From positions 1 to 39,061 of the IMG/VR virus record IMGVR_UViG_3300020576_001727: a DNA stretch of 39,061 nt, one strand, 5' to 3'. The notes below the pieces were generated by a model, which saw only the letters and a list, made by a program, of their open reading frames with translations, ran no database searches and had not been told where the DNA came from. Source of the stretch: a virus (Duplodnaviria; Heunggongvirae; Uroviricota; Caudoviricetes). Made by a program: the position numbers and the translations under genes. The stretch's first letter is position 1, and every line of letters starts with the position of its first letter. Shown here piece by piece: positions 26,739 to 35,580 of this stretch.

Positions 26739-27788
26739 ATGAAAACAGGTGTGATTTTGATGACTGCATTGGTGCCCACGGTCGGGCACCAATATCTGAT
26801 TCATTGGGCGTATCAATATCTTCTTAAGCGCGACGAACATTACAAACTATATGTAATTATTTGCACTCGCGACAAGGAACCGACTGATTTTCGCTTTCGC
26901 ACCGATGGCTTGCAGCACTATTCAAATATCAAAATTTTGAATCTGCATGACAATGCCGCGCCTCAAAATCCATCTGGTTCTTTGGATAGTGAGTTTTGGC
27001 AATATTGGAAAACGTCTATCCAAACAATATGCAATCGCAAGAAATTCGATTTCGTGTTTTCCAGCGAAGTCTATGGCAATCAGCTTGCCGAAGTTCTAGG
27101 AGCCGAACACATTCCGGTCGATCCGAATCGGGAGATTTTTGAAGTAAAGGGGACATACGTTCGACAAAATTTGCGTGACCAGTTTGATAAGTTGACAGAC
27201 CCTATCAAGAGAAAGCTGCAAAAAACTATTGTCTTCTTTGGAGCCGAAAGCACTGGCAAGACAACGGCTGCAAAACAAATGGCAAGCTCGCTTAACGGTC
27301 ATTACCTACATGAATGGGCAAGACCTTATCTCGAAACCGTTGGTCCTGATTTAAACGACCAAAAAATGAACAATATTGTCACTGGACAGACAACCAGTGA
27401 ATATATGATTCGATATGGTCAAAAAGATATCAAGCCTTTCATTTTTCAGGATACTGATCTTCTTTCGACGGTTGGTTATTACCGAATTTATCAGGGAAAC
27501 GCACCGAAAGATTTGGAAACCTATTGCAAAAGCTATTATAGAGAAACCAAAAATCGCTTGTATATCGTGATGGATACTGATATACCTTTCGTGCCAGACC
27601 CATTGCGGTATGGAGTAACTGAAAGAGAAAGCAAAACAGAATTCTGGTCAGATTTGCTGGACGAATTCAAACAGAGATATGTCATATTCAAAAGAAGTCA
27701 ATTGGGTGAAGGTTTGTATAATATTATCAGGAAAGAATTCGATAACGATTCTCTTGTCCAGAAAATACAGAATTTCCAAAGGGAATAA
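26739..27788 (+). CDS. nadR: NadR-like NMN adenylyltransferase / ribosylnicotinamide kinase (no HTH)
   Basis: PTVGH; FSSE.YG; D..R.....GT.VR; G.ESTGKTT; E.AR.YL; DTD; F..D..RYG. Confidence 0.88.
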   Translation: MKTGVILMTALVPTVGHQYLIHWAYQYLLKRDEHYKLYVIICTRDKEPTDFRFRTDGLQHYSNIKILNLHDNAAPQNPSGSLDSEFWQYWKTSIQTICNRKKFDFVFSSEVYGNQLAEVLGAEHIPVDPNREIFEVKGTYVRQNLRDQFDKLTDPIKRKLQKTIVFFGAESTGKTTAAKQMASSLNGHYLHEWARPYLETVGPDLNDQKMNNIVTGQTTSEYMIRYGQKDIKPFIFQDTDLLSTVGYYRIYQGNAPKDLETYCKSYYRETKNRLYIVMDTDIPFVPDPLRYGVTERESKTEFWSDLLDEFKQRYVIFKRSQLGEGLYNIIRKEFDNDSLVQKIQNFQRE

Positions 27789-27791
27789 ATC

Positions 27792-28976
27792 ATGAACTAT
27801 CAGTTTCCAGCCAATATCACAATCGATGAAGTCCGTTTGGCTATCAAGGATCGTCCAGAATTTATTGAAGCCAATCGAGGGGATCATATTATTTTCAATT
27901 ATAATGTGAATTTCCTTGACACGTTTCCGCCTGTGATTGATAGGGAAACTGCTATTCGTCGCGAATTGCGCGGATTGATCTTCGATGCCGAATCTGGATT
28001 GGTTTGCTCGCGTCGTTTCCAGAAGTTTTTCAACATGAACGAGCGTGACGAAACTCTTTTCGAGAAAATTGATTGGAGCAAGCGTCATTGGGTCATGGAA
28101 AAGCTTGATGGTTCGATGGTGACGCCTTTCTTTGATGAAAGGGGAGTTATCAAGTGGTTCTCAAAGATGGGGGAGACGTTTGTTTCCGAACAGGTTGGAA
28201 ATTGGATTTATGCTGATACCAAGCGTCGTATGGCTTATGAAAAATTTGCACATGCGATGTTTGATATTGACATAACTCCAATTTTCGAATGGCTGACTCC
28301 GGACAATCGAATTGTTATCGATTATAAGGAACCAAATCTTGTTTTGACTGCCATTCGAAGCAATGATGATGGTGCTTACGCGCTGCCTGATTTTTCGGCA
28401 ATGATTGCGCACGATTTCAATATTCCTCATGGAGCCGCCTTCGAATCGGATTCTGCCAAGACAATCGAATATATGAAGTCTTTGGAAACAAACGAAACCG
28501 ATGAAGGAATCGTTGTTCGTTTCGAAGATGGTCATATGGTCAAGGTCAAGACGGCTTGGTATATCCAGCTTCACAAGGTCAAGTCGTATCTTGATCAGGA
28601 GAAAGATGTTGCCAAACTGATTTTGGAAAACAATATCGATGACTTGATGGCTGTTCTTTCAGAGGATGATCGCAAACGAGTAGAAACATATTCGCTCGAT
28701 TTGCACGATAATATTTGGCTTACGACCGATAAATTATATCATTACGTGCAATCTGTCGCGATAATGCATATTTCCAAAAAAGAATATGCGATTGACCATG
28801 CGTCGAAAATCAATTTGTTTTTCCGCAACTTCACTTTCCGTCATTATGATCGCTTGAAAGAAGTGACACATGCAGAAATTGAGGAAACGATTGTCGCTTT
28901 TGTCTTGACAAAGACCGGATCAAATGCTAACTTTAACGAAGCTAAAGAAATGTTGGGATGGGATTTGAAGTGGTGA
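27792..28976 (+). CDS. rnlA: T4 RNA ligase 1-like
   Basis: RELRGLIFD, RRFQKFFN..E, EKLDGSM, T.IFE...P.NRIV..Y, EG.VV, K.K..WY..LH. Confidence 0.9.
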   Translation: MNYQFPANITIDEVRLAIKDRPEFIEANRGDHIIFNYNVNFLDTFPPVIDRETAIRRELRGLIFDAESGLVCSRRFQKFFNMNERDETLFEKIDWSKRHWVMEKLDGSMVTPFFDERGVIKWFSKMGETFVSEQVGNWIYADTKRRMAYEKFAHAMFDIDITPIFEWLTPDNRIVIDYKEPNLVLTAIRSNDDGAYALPDFSAMIAHDFNIPHGAAFESDSAKTIEYMKSLETNETDEGIVVRFEDGHMVKVKTAWYIQLHKVKSYLDQEKDVAKLILENNIDDLMAVLSEDDRKRVETYSLDLHDNIWLTTDKLYHYVQSVAIMHISKKEYAIDHASKINLFFRNFTFRHYDRLKEVTHAEIEETIVAFVLTKTGSNANFNEAKEMLGWDLKW

Positions 28977-29443
28977 AAAGGGCTGTTTTTCTCGTCGGGC
29001 ATCAATATTCCGGCAAATCGACATGGTTGCGAAATCAGACTTACAAAGACTATGTTGTTTACAGTCTCGATTCCGTGGTGCATGAACTCGCCAAGGAACG
29101 CGGTGTTTCTTATTCCGAAGCTTGGTCCAAGCTGGTTGGAGAAGCCAATTATATCCTCGATCATCGTTTGCGGGATTGGTTGTATGAAGGAAAGCGAATC
29201 GTTTTTGATCGCACCAACATGACGGTCAAGTCTCGTTCCAAGCTTCTGAATCGCTTGATTCAGGAAGGATATAAGGTTAGTGCTGTTGTCTTTCCTTTGC
29301 TTTCGAGCGAGGAAATTCAGAAGCGGATTGATATGCGTCCTGATCAGATTGTTCCTTTGCATATAGTGGAGGAATTTCGGGATCGTTTCGAGCCGATTGA
29401 AGGGGAGGAATTGAAGAAATATGAAATGGTTTTCCACGTTTAA
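28973..29443 (+). CDS. P-loop kinase (AAA_33; polynucleotide 5'-kinase-like)
   Basis: LVG..YSGKSTW, SLD, FDRTN....SR, R...R. Confidence 0.8.
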   Translation: MKRAVFLVGHQYSGKSTWLRNQTYKDYVVYSLDSVVHELAKERGVSYSEAWSKLVGEANYILDHRLRDWLYEGKRIVFDRTNMTVKSRSKLLNRLIQEGYKVSAVVFPLLSSEEIQKRIDMRPDQIVPLHIVEEFRDRFEPIEGEELKKYEMVFHV

Positions 29444-29633
29444 AGTCTTTCTTCTCCTATCTTCCGTTGCTGGATTGTGGATAGGACTAGCCGGGTTCAT
29501 CGATGGTTTTACCAATTGGTTGACTGTTGGTGAATGGCTTTTCACTCATTCATACAAAAATTTGATGATGGTTGCCTCGTTCATCGTCGCAATTGCAATG
29601 GCGGTGTATATTTTCATGGATGAAAGACAGTGA
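29421..29633 (+). CDS. Small 2-TM membrane protein
   Basis: Hydrophobic. Confidence 0.6.
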   Translation: MKWFSTFKVFLLLSSVAGLWIGLAGFIDGFTNWLTVGEWLFTHSYKNLMMVASFIVAIAMAVYIFMDERQ

Positions 29634-29830
29634 ACATTCTTATCAAATTTCTAGCCAATATAGTCACAATCCTGTTTTTGGTCGTGACTATGGCTTTACC
29701 CTCCTATATTGTTTATTGGGTTCATCTGGAATATGGTTCGTTTGCAGCATTGCTTTCGGGAATCGTTTCCTTTGCGATTCTTTTGACAATTCATGATTTG
29801 ATATTTGGAGACGAAGACGATGAAGGTTAA
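29630..29830 (+). CDS. Small 2-TM membrane protein
   Basis: Hydrophobic, acidic tail. Confidence 0.6.
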   Translation: MNILIKFLANIVTILFLVVTMALPSYIVYWVHLEYGSFAALLSGIVSFAILLTIHDLIFGDEDDEG

Positions 29831-30047
29831 GATGTTGAAATTTTTCGTTTATTGTCTTGTGGGTGTTTTCTTCGCGGCTCTCGCTGTCCTTGGATTTTCA
29901 ATCGGACAAGCAATGTTTTTTACATGGATTGTCGATCATGTCGGATTCTTTTGGTCAATTCCAATTGTCGCCTTGACAATGGCGCTGTTCCTCGCTACAA
30001 TTTTCACAATTGGAAAATATTTCCTACCGAAAGAGGATAATGAATGA
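29820..30047 (+). CDS. Small 2-TM membrane protein
   Basis: Hydrophobic, GGAG RBS. Confidence 0.6.
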   Translation: MKVKMLKFFVYCLVGVFFAALAVLGFSIGQAMFFTWIVDHVGFFWSIPIVALTMALFLATIFTIGKYFLPKEDNE

Positions 30048-30586
30048 GTGAATTATTTTTTACTGCTGATCTGCATTTCAATCATGCAAATATCCTGACA
30101 TTCAAGAATGCAGACGGAAGCAAGGTCCGCCCTTTCACGTCTCTTGAAGAAATGAACGAAACTCTTGTCGATAATCACAATCGCGAGGTTGGTTCGCGCG
30201 ATACTGTGTGGAATCATGGTGACGTGTTCCTTGGTAAGGAAAGCGAAGGACTGGCTTACGTCCGACGCCTGAATGGCAAGAAGAACCTAATCCTTGGCAA
30301 TCACGACCATGTGACTCCTGCCATGATCGAAGCCTTCGATGAAATCCACATTTGGAAGAAGTGGAAGAAGCATAACATGTTTCTCTCTCACTTCCCGCTG
30401 CATCCTAGCACAATGGCGGAAATGCGTGGTGAGGGTAGGATCGTCAATGTTCACGGTCACATTCATGGTAATCGTTCACCAAATCCCGCTTTCGGTATGA
30501 GTTGGATCAATATTTCGGTGGAAAATACCAACTATAAACCGATTTCATTCGAGGAACTTCAGGAAAAAATCAAGAAAGAAGGTTGA
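30044..30586 (+). CDS. Calcineurin-like metallophosphoesterase
   Basis: ADLHFNH, GD, GNHD, SHFP, HGHIH. Confidence 0.9.
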   Translation: MSELFFTADLHFNHANILTFKNADGSKVRPFTSLEEMNETLVDNHNREVGSRDTVWNHGDVFLGKESEGLAYVRRLNGKKNLILGNHDHVTPAMIEAFDEIHIWKKWKKHNMFLSHFPLHPSTMAEMRGEGRIVNVHGHIHGNRSPNPAFGMSWINISVENTNYKPISFEELQEKIKKEG

Positions 30587-30588
30587 TA

Positions 30589-30825
30589 ATGGAAAAGTGG
30601 ATTGATCAAAATTGGTGGCGTGTTCTGATTGTCTATGCGGTGATTGGATTGCTGACTTTCGGCAATTCTTGGAATGATTCTTTCAATTGCGAACCACTAC
30701 CCAACAATTGGACAAGTGAACAATGGGATAAACAATGGTTGTGCAAGCATCCAATGTCAGCAATGAGAGGTGTTTTTTGGCCAATTTTCTTCATTGGAGA
30801 AGCGGCAATCTGGATTACAAAATAA
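30589..30825 (+). CDS. Small membrane protein
   Basis: Two hydrophobic segments, FWP motif. Confidence 0.6.
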   Translation: MEKWIDQNWWRVLIVYAVIGLLTFGNSWNDSFNCEPLPNNWTSEQWDKQWLCKHPMSAMRGVFWPIFFIGEAAIWITK

Positions 30826-30835
30826 GGGGAAATAT

Positions 30836-31039
30836 ATGGCGGGGAACGAGCAAACTCTAGAAATTTTGCGTAAAATAGCGCGTCGTAACAAGAAAGATAG
30901 GGAAACGATTGAGGAAATGACAGACGAAACCGTTGAAGTGTTCGGTTCGTCCGGGGAATTCCGTTCTGAATTGGATGCGTGGCGCACCAAGGAAGATGAC
31001 GTTGGTTTCCTGATCAAAGCTGGAATGGAATTACTATAA
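30836..31039 (+). CDS. Hypothetical protein
   Basis: AAGGGG RBS before ATG 30836. Confidence 0.6.
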   Translation: MAGNEQTLEILRKIARRNKKDRETIEEMTDETVEVFGSSGEFRSELDAWRTKEDDVGFLIKAGMELL

Positions 31040-31042
31040 ATA
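31035..31042 (+). promoter_or_regulatory. T4-type late promoter TATAAATA
   Basis: Exact consensus 8 nt before ATG 31051. Confidence 0.75.
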
Positions 31043-31050
31043 ATACCGAT

Positions 31051-31311
31051 ATGGAAAAGCCTTCAACACTTAACGTCTACTACCTACAGCTTCAAATTCT
31101 GTTCAAGAATACAACTTCTCTTATCAGCTTGGATTCTGCCAAGACCGACAAGAAAGAGAAGATTGATATCCTGAATAAAGAACTGACAGATGCATGGGGA
31201 AACAAACATCGGTTCGCATTTCAAGGACTGGACAATCTCATGCATATCGACTTTGCCGAAGTCGTCATGTTTCTTTCCCAAATCGCAGAAGAAACATACG
31301 GGAAAAAATAA
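31051..31311 (+). CDS. Hypothetical protein
   Basis: 86-aa ORF after a late promoter. Confidence 0.6.
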   Translation: MEKPSTLNVYYLQLQILFKNTTSLISLDSAKTDKKEKIDILNKELTDAWGNKHRFAFQGLDNLMHIDFAEVVMFLSQIAEETYGKK

Positions 31312-31586
31312 TGCCTCATTACACATTTAGAAATAAAGAAACCGACGAAGAATTTGATATCGAAATGTCGATTTCCGAACGCGACCAATATGTTACAGAC
31401 CATCCAGAATTCGAACAAATTTTGGGATCGTCCAGTTTGGCGATTGGTGATCCTCTTAAGCTAGGAGTCAGTAAAAACCCACGATTGATTGAATTTCAGA
31501 AATATGTGCTTCCTAATATTGCAGCACAAAATCCTCTCGGTAGAATCGGGAAAGACACAAAGTTTCAATTAAAGAGAGACTTTTGA
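31311..31586 (+). CDS. FmdB-like small regulatory protein of T4-like phages
   Basis: MP.YTF.N..T.E.F...MS.SE...Y...P...Q ... GDP.KLG. Confidence 0.75.
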   Translation: MPHYTFRNKETDEEFDIEMSISERDQYVTDHPEFEQILGSSSLAIGDPLKLGVSKNPRLIEFQKYVLPNIAAQNPLGRIGKDTKFQLKRDF

Positions 31587-31620
31587 GTATTTTAGCACCA
31601 AAAAATTTTCGATGATAAAA

Positions 31621-31656
31621 GGGGAGGATGCCGGGTCAAACCGCTTCCTCCTTTTT
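31621..31656 (+). terminator. Probable intrinsic terminator
   Basis: GGGGAGGA...TCCTCCTT stem then TTTT. Confidence 0.5.
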
Positions 31657-31697
31657 ACTTTATATTATGCCCAACATAACAAAAACAAGGAAAGCAA

Positions 31698-32399
31698 ATG
31701 GGTAGCACTAGAGGCAAGAATTCTGTAATGGCGGGTGTTTCTGGTTTGGAATTGCAGAAAATCAAACCCAAAACCATCAATCAGCAAAGAGCATTTCAGG
31801 CATGGGACGATGAATATCATTTGGTAATGCATGGTTATAGTGGAACTGGAAAGACTTTCATCGGCACTTATCTAGCCATGAACGAAATACAGAAAAATCC
31901 AAAGATTTACACTCGAATGACAATCATTCGATCATCCGTTCCAAGTCGAGACATGGGTTTCTTGCCCGGGTCAATTGCAGAAAAGGCGGCTGCATATGAA
32001 GAACCATACGAAACCATTTTCTCTACTCTGTATGGACGTGGTGATGCTTATGGAACTCTAAAGAAAAGAGGAATGATCGACTTTCGAACAACTTCCTACT
32101 TGCGAGGAATAACATGGGATAACACAATAGTAGTGGTTGACGAAATCCAGAACATGACTTTTCAAGAACTGGATACGATCATGACAAGAATTGGCGAAGA
32201 TACCCGCATCATTTTCTGTGGAGACTATCGCCAGACAGACCTAGTAAAAGATAAGGAAAAACAAGGACTTAACAGATTCCTTGACACTTTGGGCAGCATT
32301 GACGACTTCGATCATGTCGAGTTTGGAATAAATGACATTATTCGCTCGGATATCGTCAAAAAGTATATCATTGCCAAGGAAAACCAAAAGGGGAACTAA
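31698..32399 (+). CDS. phoH: PhoH-family ATPase
   Basis: PKT.NQ, G.SGTGKTF, MGFLPG...EK, LRG.T, DE.QN, TRIG, GD..QTD, I.RS..VK. Confidence 0.95.
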   Translation: MGSTRGKNSVMAGVSGLELQKIKPKTINQQRAFQAWDDEYHLVMHGYSGTGKTFIGTYLAMNEIQKNPKIYTRMTIIRSSVPSRDMGFLPGSIAEKAAAYEEPYETIFSTLYGRGDAYGTLKKRGMIDFRTTSYLRGITWDNTIVVVDEIQNMTFQELDTIMTRIGEDTRIIFCGDYRQTDLVKDKEKQGLNRFLDTLGSIDDFDHVEFGINDIIRSDIVKKYIIAKENQKGN

Positions 32400-32400
32400 A

Positions 32401-33408
32401 ATGATAAGAAAATCAATGCTTTACAGCGGCTTAATTGCTGGTTTTTTAGCATTTTCCGGAATTGGTTATGGATTGGCAGAGTATCAGAAACCTGTTGAAA
32501 TTTCTCAATTGTATGCGCGCAATGTCGAAGGGACATTCATCATTGCCGGAAGCGAAGGCAATTTGGGGACCGCTTGGCTTTTGGAAGACAATCTTTTTGT
32601 GACGGCGGCTCACGTTGTCAACATGAAAGATGAATTTTTCGTCGCTGGCAATGACCGACTTTCCCAACTCTGGAAAGCCAGTGTTGTTCGAATGGATTCG
32701 TCTCGCGACCTTGCAGTTGTCAGCATTGAAAAATGGAATGAATTCAAGAATATGGAAAATCCAACCATATTGAAATTGAACACAAAAGGCAGTGATAGAG
32801 GAAAATTGTATTGGGGAATTGGCAATAGAGAAGGCAACTTCTTTTCTTTCTATCACGGCAGAATTTCCCAAAATCTGATAATTTCTCCCGAAAAGGTGAA
32901 TTCCAATTTCTTTCGAATGGATTCGTCTGTTGTTCCGGGCGATTCGGGCGGTCCTGTCTTTGATGAATATGGATTTGTCATTGGGTTGACAAGCGCGGTG
33001 GTCGGAATGGGAACATTTGAAGATGGCACTATCATTACAACCGCTGGTTTGGCTGTTACTGCTAAAACAATTGAAAATTTCATTACCGATATGAAAAAGC
33101 ATTTAAAGTCTTTTGATATCAGCACAAAAGGCGGCATTTCGGCTGAACTGGACGAAGAAAAGGGATTGGTTATTACCAAAGTCGAGAACGAATTCCTTTC
33201 CAAAGAATTCGAATTGAAGCCGGGAGATAGCAATATTATTCTGTCTAATCAATGGACGCGGGATATCTCCAACAAGCCATATCTTTTCCAAAGAAGCCTT
33301 GATTTACAAGTGTTTATCAACATGTGTCGCCCGGGTGAAACGGTTTCGATCATGCTGACAAGAGAGAATGGAGAAAAATTTTACAAAGAAATCACGATTC
33401 CCTCTTGA
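32401..33408 (+). CDS. Exported trypsin-like serine protease with C-terminal PDZ-like domain (HtrA/DegS-like)
   Basis: N-terminal TM or signal peptide; TAAH, RDLA, GDSGG triad; L.PGD...PGETV.I...R.G. Confidence 0.85.
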   Translation: MIRKSMLYSGLIAGFLAFSGIGYGLAEYQKPVEISQLYARNVEGTFIIAGSEGNLGTAWLLEDNLFVTAAHVVNMKDEFFVAGNDRLSQLWKASVVRMDSSRDLAVVSIEKWNEFKNMENPTILKLNTKGSDRGKLYWGIGNREGNFFSFYHGRISQNLIISPEKVNSNFFRMDSSVVPGDSGGPVFDEYGFVIGLTSAVVGMGTFEDGTIITTAGLAVTAKTIENFITDMKKHLKSFDISTKGGISAELDEEKGLVITKVENEFLSKEFELKPGDSNIILSNQWTRDISNKPYLFQRSLDLQVFINMCRPGETVSIMLTRENGEKFYKEITIPS

Positions 33409-33464
33409 CGGAATCAAAAAAATGAATTAGTTTCTCTCTGTAAGTTGGATTTGCGGAGAGAAAC
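33405..33464 (+). promoter_or_regulatory. Sigma70 promoter overlapped by an RBS-covering hairpin
   Basis: TTGACG-17-TAGTTT; GTTTCTCTCTGTAAGT (33430-45) pairs with ATTTGCGGAGAGAAAC (33449-64). Confidence 0.7.
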
Positions 33465-33465
33465 A

Positions 33466-33660
33466 ATGCTCAAGGCGATGATGATTTCTGTAGTTCTCCT
33501 GAACGGGGGTGGTGTCGAGCGCAACCCCTACTTCGATGACAAGGTTTTCGACACTTTGCAGGAGTGTAAGGCTCTTCAGTATCAGTATGGTTTCACTCAA
33601 TATCCGCCGAAGGGTTTCGGTGGCGTCCGTTTCATCTGCATGATGGTAAAGGAAGTTTGA
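33466..33660 (+). CDS. Small secreted protein with a Cys pair
   Basis: F.TL.EC...C motif. Confidence 0.6.
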   Translation: MLKAMMISVVLLNGGGVERNPYFDDKVFDTLQECKALQYQYGFTQYPPKGFGGVRFICMMVKEV

Positions 33661-33662
33661 TC

Positions 33663-34004
33663 ATGGAACACGAATTCGAACTTTACAGCGACCTTCACAA
33701 GGACGTGTATGGTTTCCGCCCGGGTCGGGCGAAGATGGAAGACTTCAACGCTCTTCCCTATGCAAAGAAGAAGGAAGAATGGGACTATCTTTGTGATCAG
33801 CTTGAAATCGAAATCGAGCGCGAGAAGTTGGAAAAGATCGACGCCATCGCCCGGTTCGAAACCCGCGTTCATGAAGCTTGCGCCGCTCTTGGGGTGACTC
33901 GCGAAACCTATCTCCTGTGGGAAATGGAAGCTGCCGAGGTTGACGGCGATGTCGGATATTTCGAGTGGCAGAACGGTCTTCCCTACGATCATTTGAAGGA
34001 TTGA
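33663..34004 (+). CDS. Conserved phage early protein
   Basis: LYSDLHKDVYGFRP; C-terminal GLPY. Confidence 0.75.
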   Translation: MEHEFELYSDLHKDVYGFRPGRAKMEDFNALPYAKKKEEWDYLCDQLEIEIEREKLEKIDAIARFETRVHEACAALGVTRETYLLWEMEAAEVDGDVGYFEWQNGLPYDHLKD

Positions 34005-34029
34005 CTTCCTTCAAATTCTCCACTATATT
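34001..34029 (+). promoter_or_regulatory. Sigma70-type promoter
   Basis: TTGACT-17-TATATT. Confidence 0.75.
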
Positions 34030-34059
34030 TCTTTTGTAATCGTCATGGAGATTCGAAAA

Positions 34060-34314
34060 ATGGCAACGCATCAGGAAAAGATTCTTCGGTATCGCATCTT
34101 GCGTCACGAAGAGTTGCCGGAACGTCACAAGGAAGCCTATCGGGCGGAAGGTATCGATCCGGATGACATGTGGAGCCTGATTTGGTCTTTCGGAACCAAG
34201 GAAGCCGCTGAACAGTGTCTTGCCGACGAACAGTTTGACGCTCCTGCCCATTGGAAGTTCAAGCTGGTTGATGCCGGGGTGGAAGTCGAATATATCGAAC
34301 GCCAGATTTGGTGA
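34060..34314 (+). CDS. Hypothetical protein
   Basis: GGAG RBS. Confidence 0.65.
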   Translation: MATHQEKILRYRILRHEELPERHKEAYRAEGIDPDDMWSLIWSFGTKEAAEQCLADEQFDAPAHWKFKLVDAGVEVEYIERQIW

Positions 34315-34321
34315 CAAATCG

Positions 34322-34365
34322 TTCATCGGATAAATAACCAGAATAACAAGGGTTTATCCGATGAA
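34322..34365 (+). promoter_or_regulatory. Late promoter GATAAATA (34329-36) inside a 14-bp hairpin that covers the start codon
   Basis: TTCATCGGATAAAT (34322-35) pairs with GTTTATCCGATGAA (34352-65, containing ATG 34361). Confidence 0.8.
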
Positions 34366-35113
34366 TTTGTATAATCTAGAAAAAGTCAAGGCTGAAAAAG
34401 TAGAACAGCCGCAACAAAGCACCAAAAAAGCACCTAAAGGTGATCAGGAAATTATTTCGTATTATACGCAAATTCTTCCTAAGCTACAGGCTACGCTTCG
34501 CACATTCGAAGCTATTGTCCGTGCCGCTCTTCCCAAAAATACCCGCAAGATGGATGAATTTCATAAAGCGCATAGTTCGCAACCCATTGTCTTGACCAAT
34601 CTTAAGCCGGTCGAATCGGTTATTTCCAAGGTCAAACGAGGCAAGTCGGTATTCGAGATTGGTGATCTTGTTCGCGGCGCGGTCCTGCTTCCTTCCCACA
34701 AAGACACCGAATTGTTTCTGAACGGATTTATCAGAAAGAATCAAAGTATTATCACTGGACACGAAGCCAAGGCGAAGGGCGATGACAAGATTTATGGCTA
34801 TTACGGTTCCCAACATATCGATTTGGTGATCGACGGCATTCGCTGCGAATTGCAGGTCATGACTCAAAAGCTTTGGAAAATGAAGCACGAAGCCCACAAA
34901 ATCTATACCAAAACGAGAGAAAACAAGGCGGGCGCAACCGAAAGCGATCTAATTCAGTCTCGAAACATGTTCATCACCGGGAACAAGCCGAAATTCCAAA
35001 GAGAAGACCTGATTGAATTTCTGGAAATTATTGAAGAAGATCAGCCTCTTTATGAGTTCCTACTTGACAATGACGATAAGGTATGGCTATATTATGTGAC
35101 AGAAGGAAATTGA
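34361..35113 (+). CDS. Divergent RelA/SpoT-family nucleotidyltransferase (small alarmone synthetase-like)
   Basis: LKPVESVISKVKR, IGDLVRG, YGYYGSQHIDL, CELQVMT, W...H..Y. Confidence 0.78.
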   Translation: MNLYNLEKVKAEKVEQPQQSTKKAPKGDQEIISYYTQILPKLQATLRTFEAIVRAALPKNTRKMDEFHKAHSSQPIVLTNLKPVESVISKVKRGKSVFEIGDLVRGAVLLPSHKDTELFLNGFIRKNQSIITGHEAKAKGDDKIYGYYGSQHIDLVIDGIRCELQVMTQKLWKMKHEAHKIYTKTRENKAGATESDLIQSRNMFITGNKPKFQREDLIEFLEIIEEDQPLYEFLLDNDDKVWLYYVTEGN

Positions 35114-35119
35114 GTCATT

Positions 35120-35506
35120 ATGCAATTCAGTAAAAAGTTCACCATTTCCGGGTTGGTTTACAAGCTGGAAATTTCGAATGAAGGAAGCATTAGCTTCTAT
35201 GTGATTGGCGGTGCGACTGACAAAGCCGCATATGATCCGCATCACCATTTCGATGACGAAGTGGAGTTTGGTATGCGGGATCGTAAGTATTTCGACAACG
35301 CATTGCCCGTCTTCCTGAAGGTGGGTGAAATCTTGGTGGAATTCATCAAGAGAAAGAAACCCTATTCACTTCACTTCACTTCCAACACCGACAAGAAGGT
35401 TGGCATCTATAAGAAGCTTGCCGCCAAGCTGCATGAGAAGATCAAAAGCGATTACATCGCGATTGAGGATCATGACACTTTCTATTTCGTTCGAAAGAGT
35501 CATTGA
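35120..35506 (+). CDS. Hypothetical protein co-transcribed with the synthetase
   Basis: VF..V..I...F.....P..L.F......K..IY..L pattern seen in large-phage proteins. Confidence 0.65.
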   Translation: MQFSKKFTISGLVYKLEISNEGSISFYVIGGATDKAAYDPHHHFDDEVEFGMRDRKYFDNALPVFLKVGEILVEFIKRKKPYSLHFTSNTDKKVGIYKKLAAKLHEKIKSDYIAIEDHDTFYFVRKSH

Positions 35507-35545
35507 TTAATATTTTTGGTCATTGGGTGCATGTGATTTTTTGTG

Positions 35546-35576
35546 TTGACAACTGAAAGTCTTTCATATATAAATA
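35546..35576 (+). promoter_or_regulatory. Overlapping sigma70 and late promoter for the tmRNA
   Basis: TTGACA (35546)-17-TATAAA; the -10 extends to TATAAATA (35569-76). Confidence 0.85.
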
Positions 35577-35580
35577 TGGT

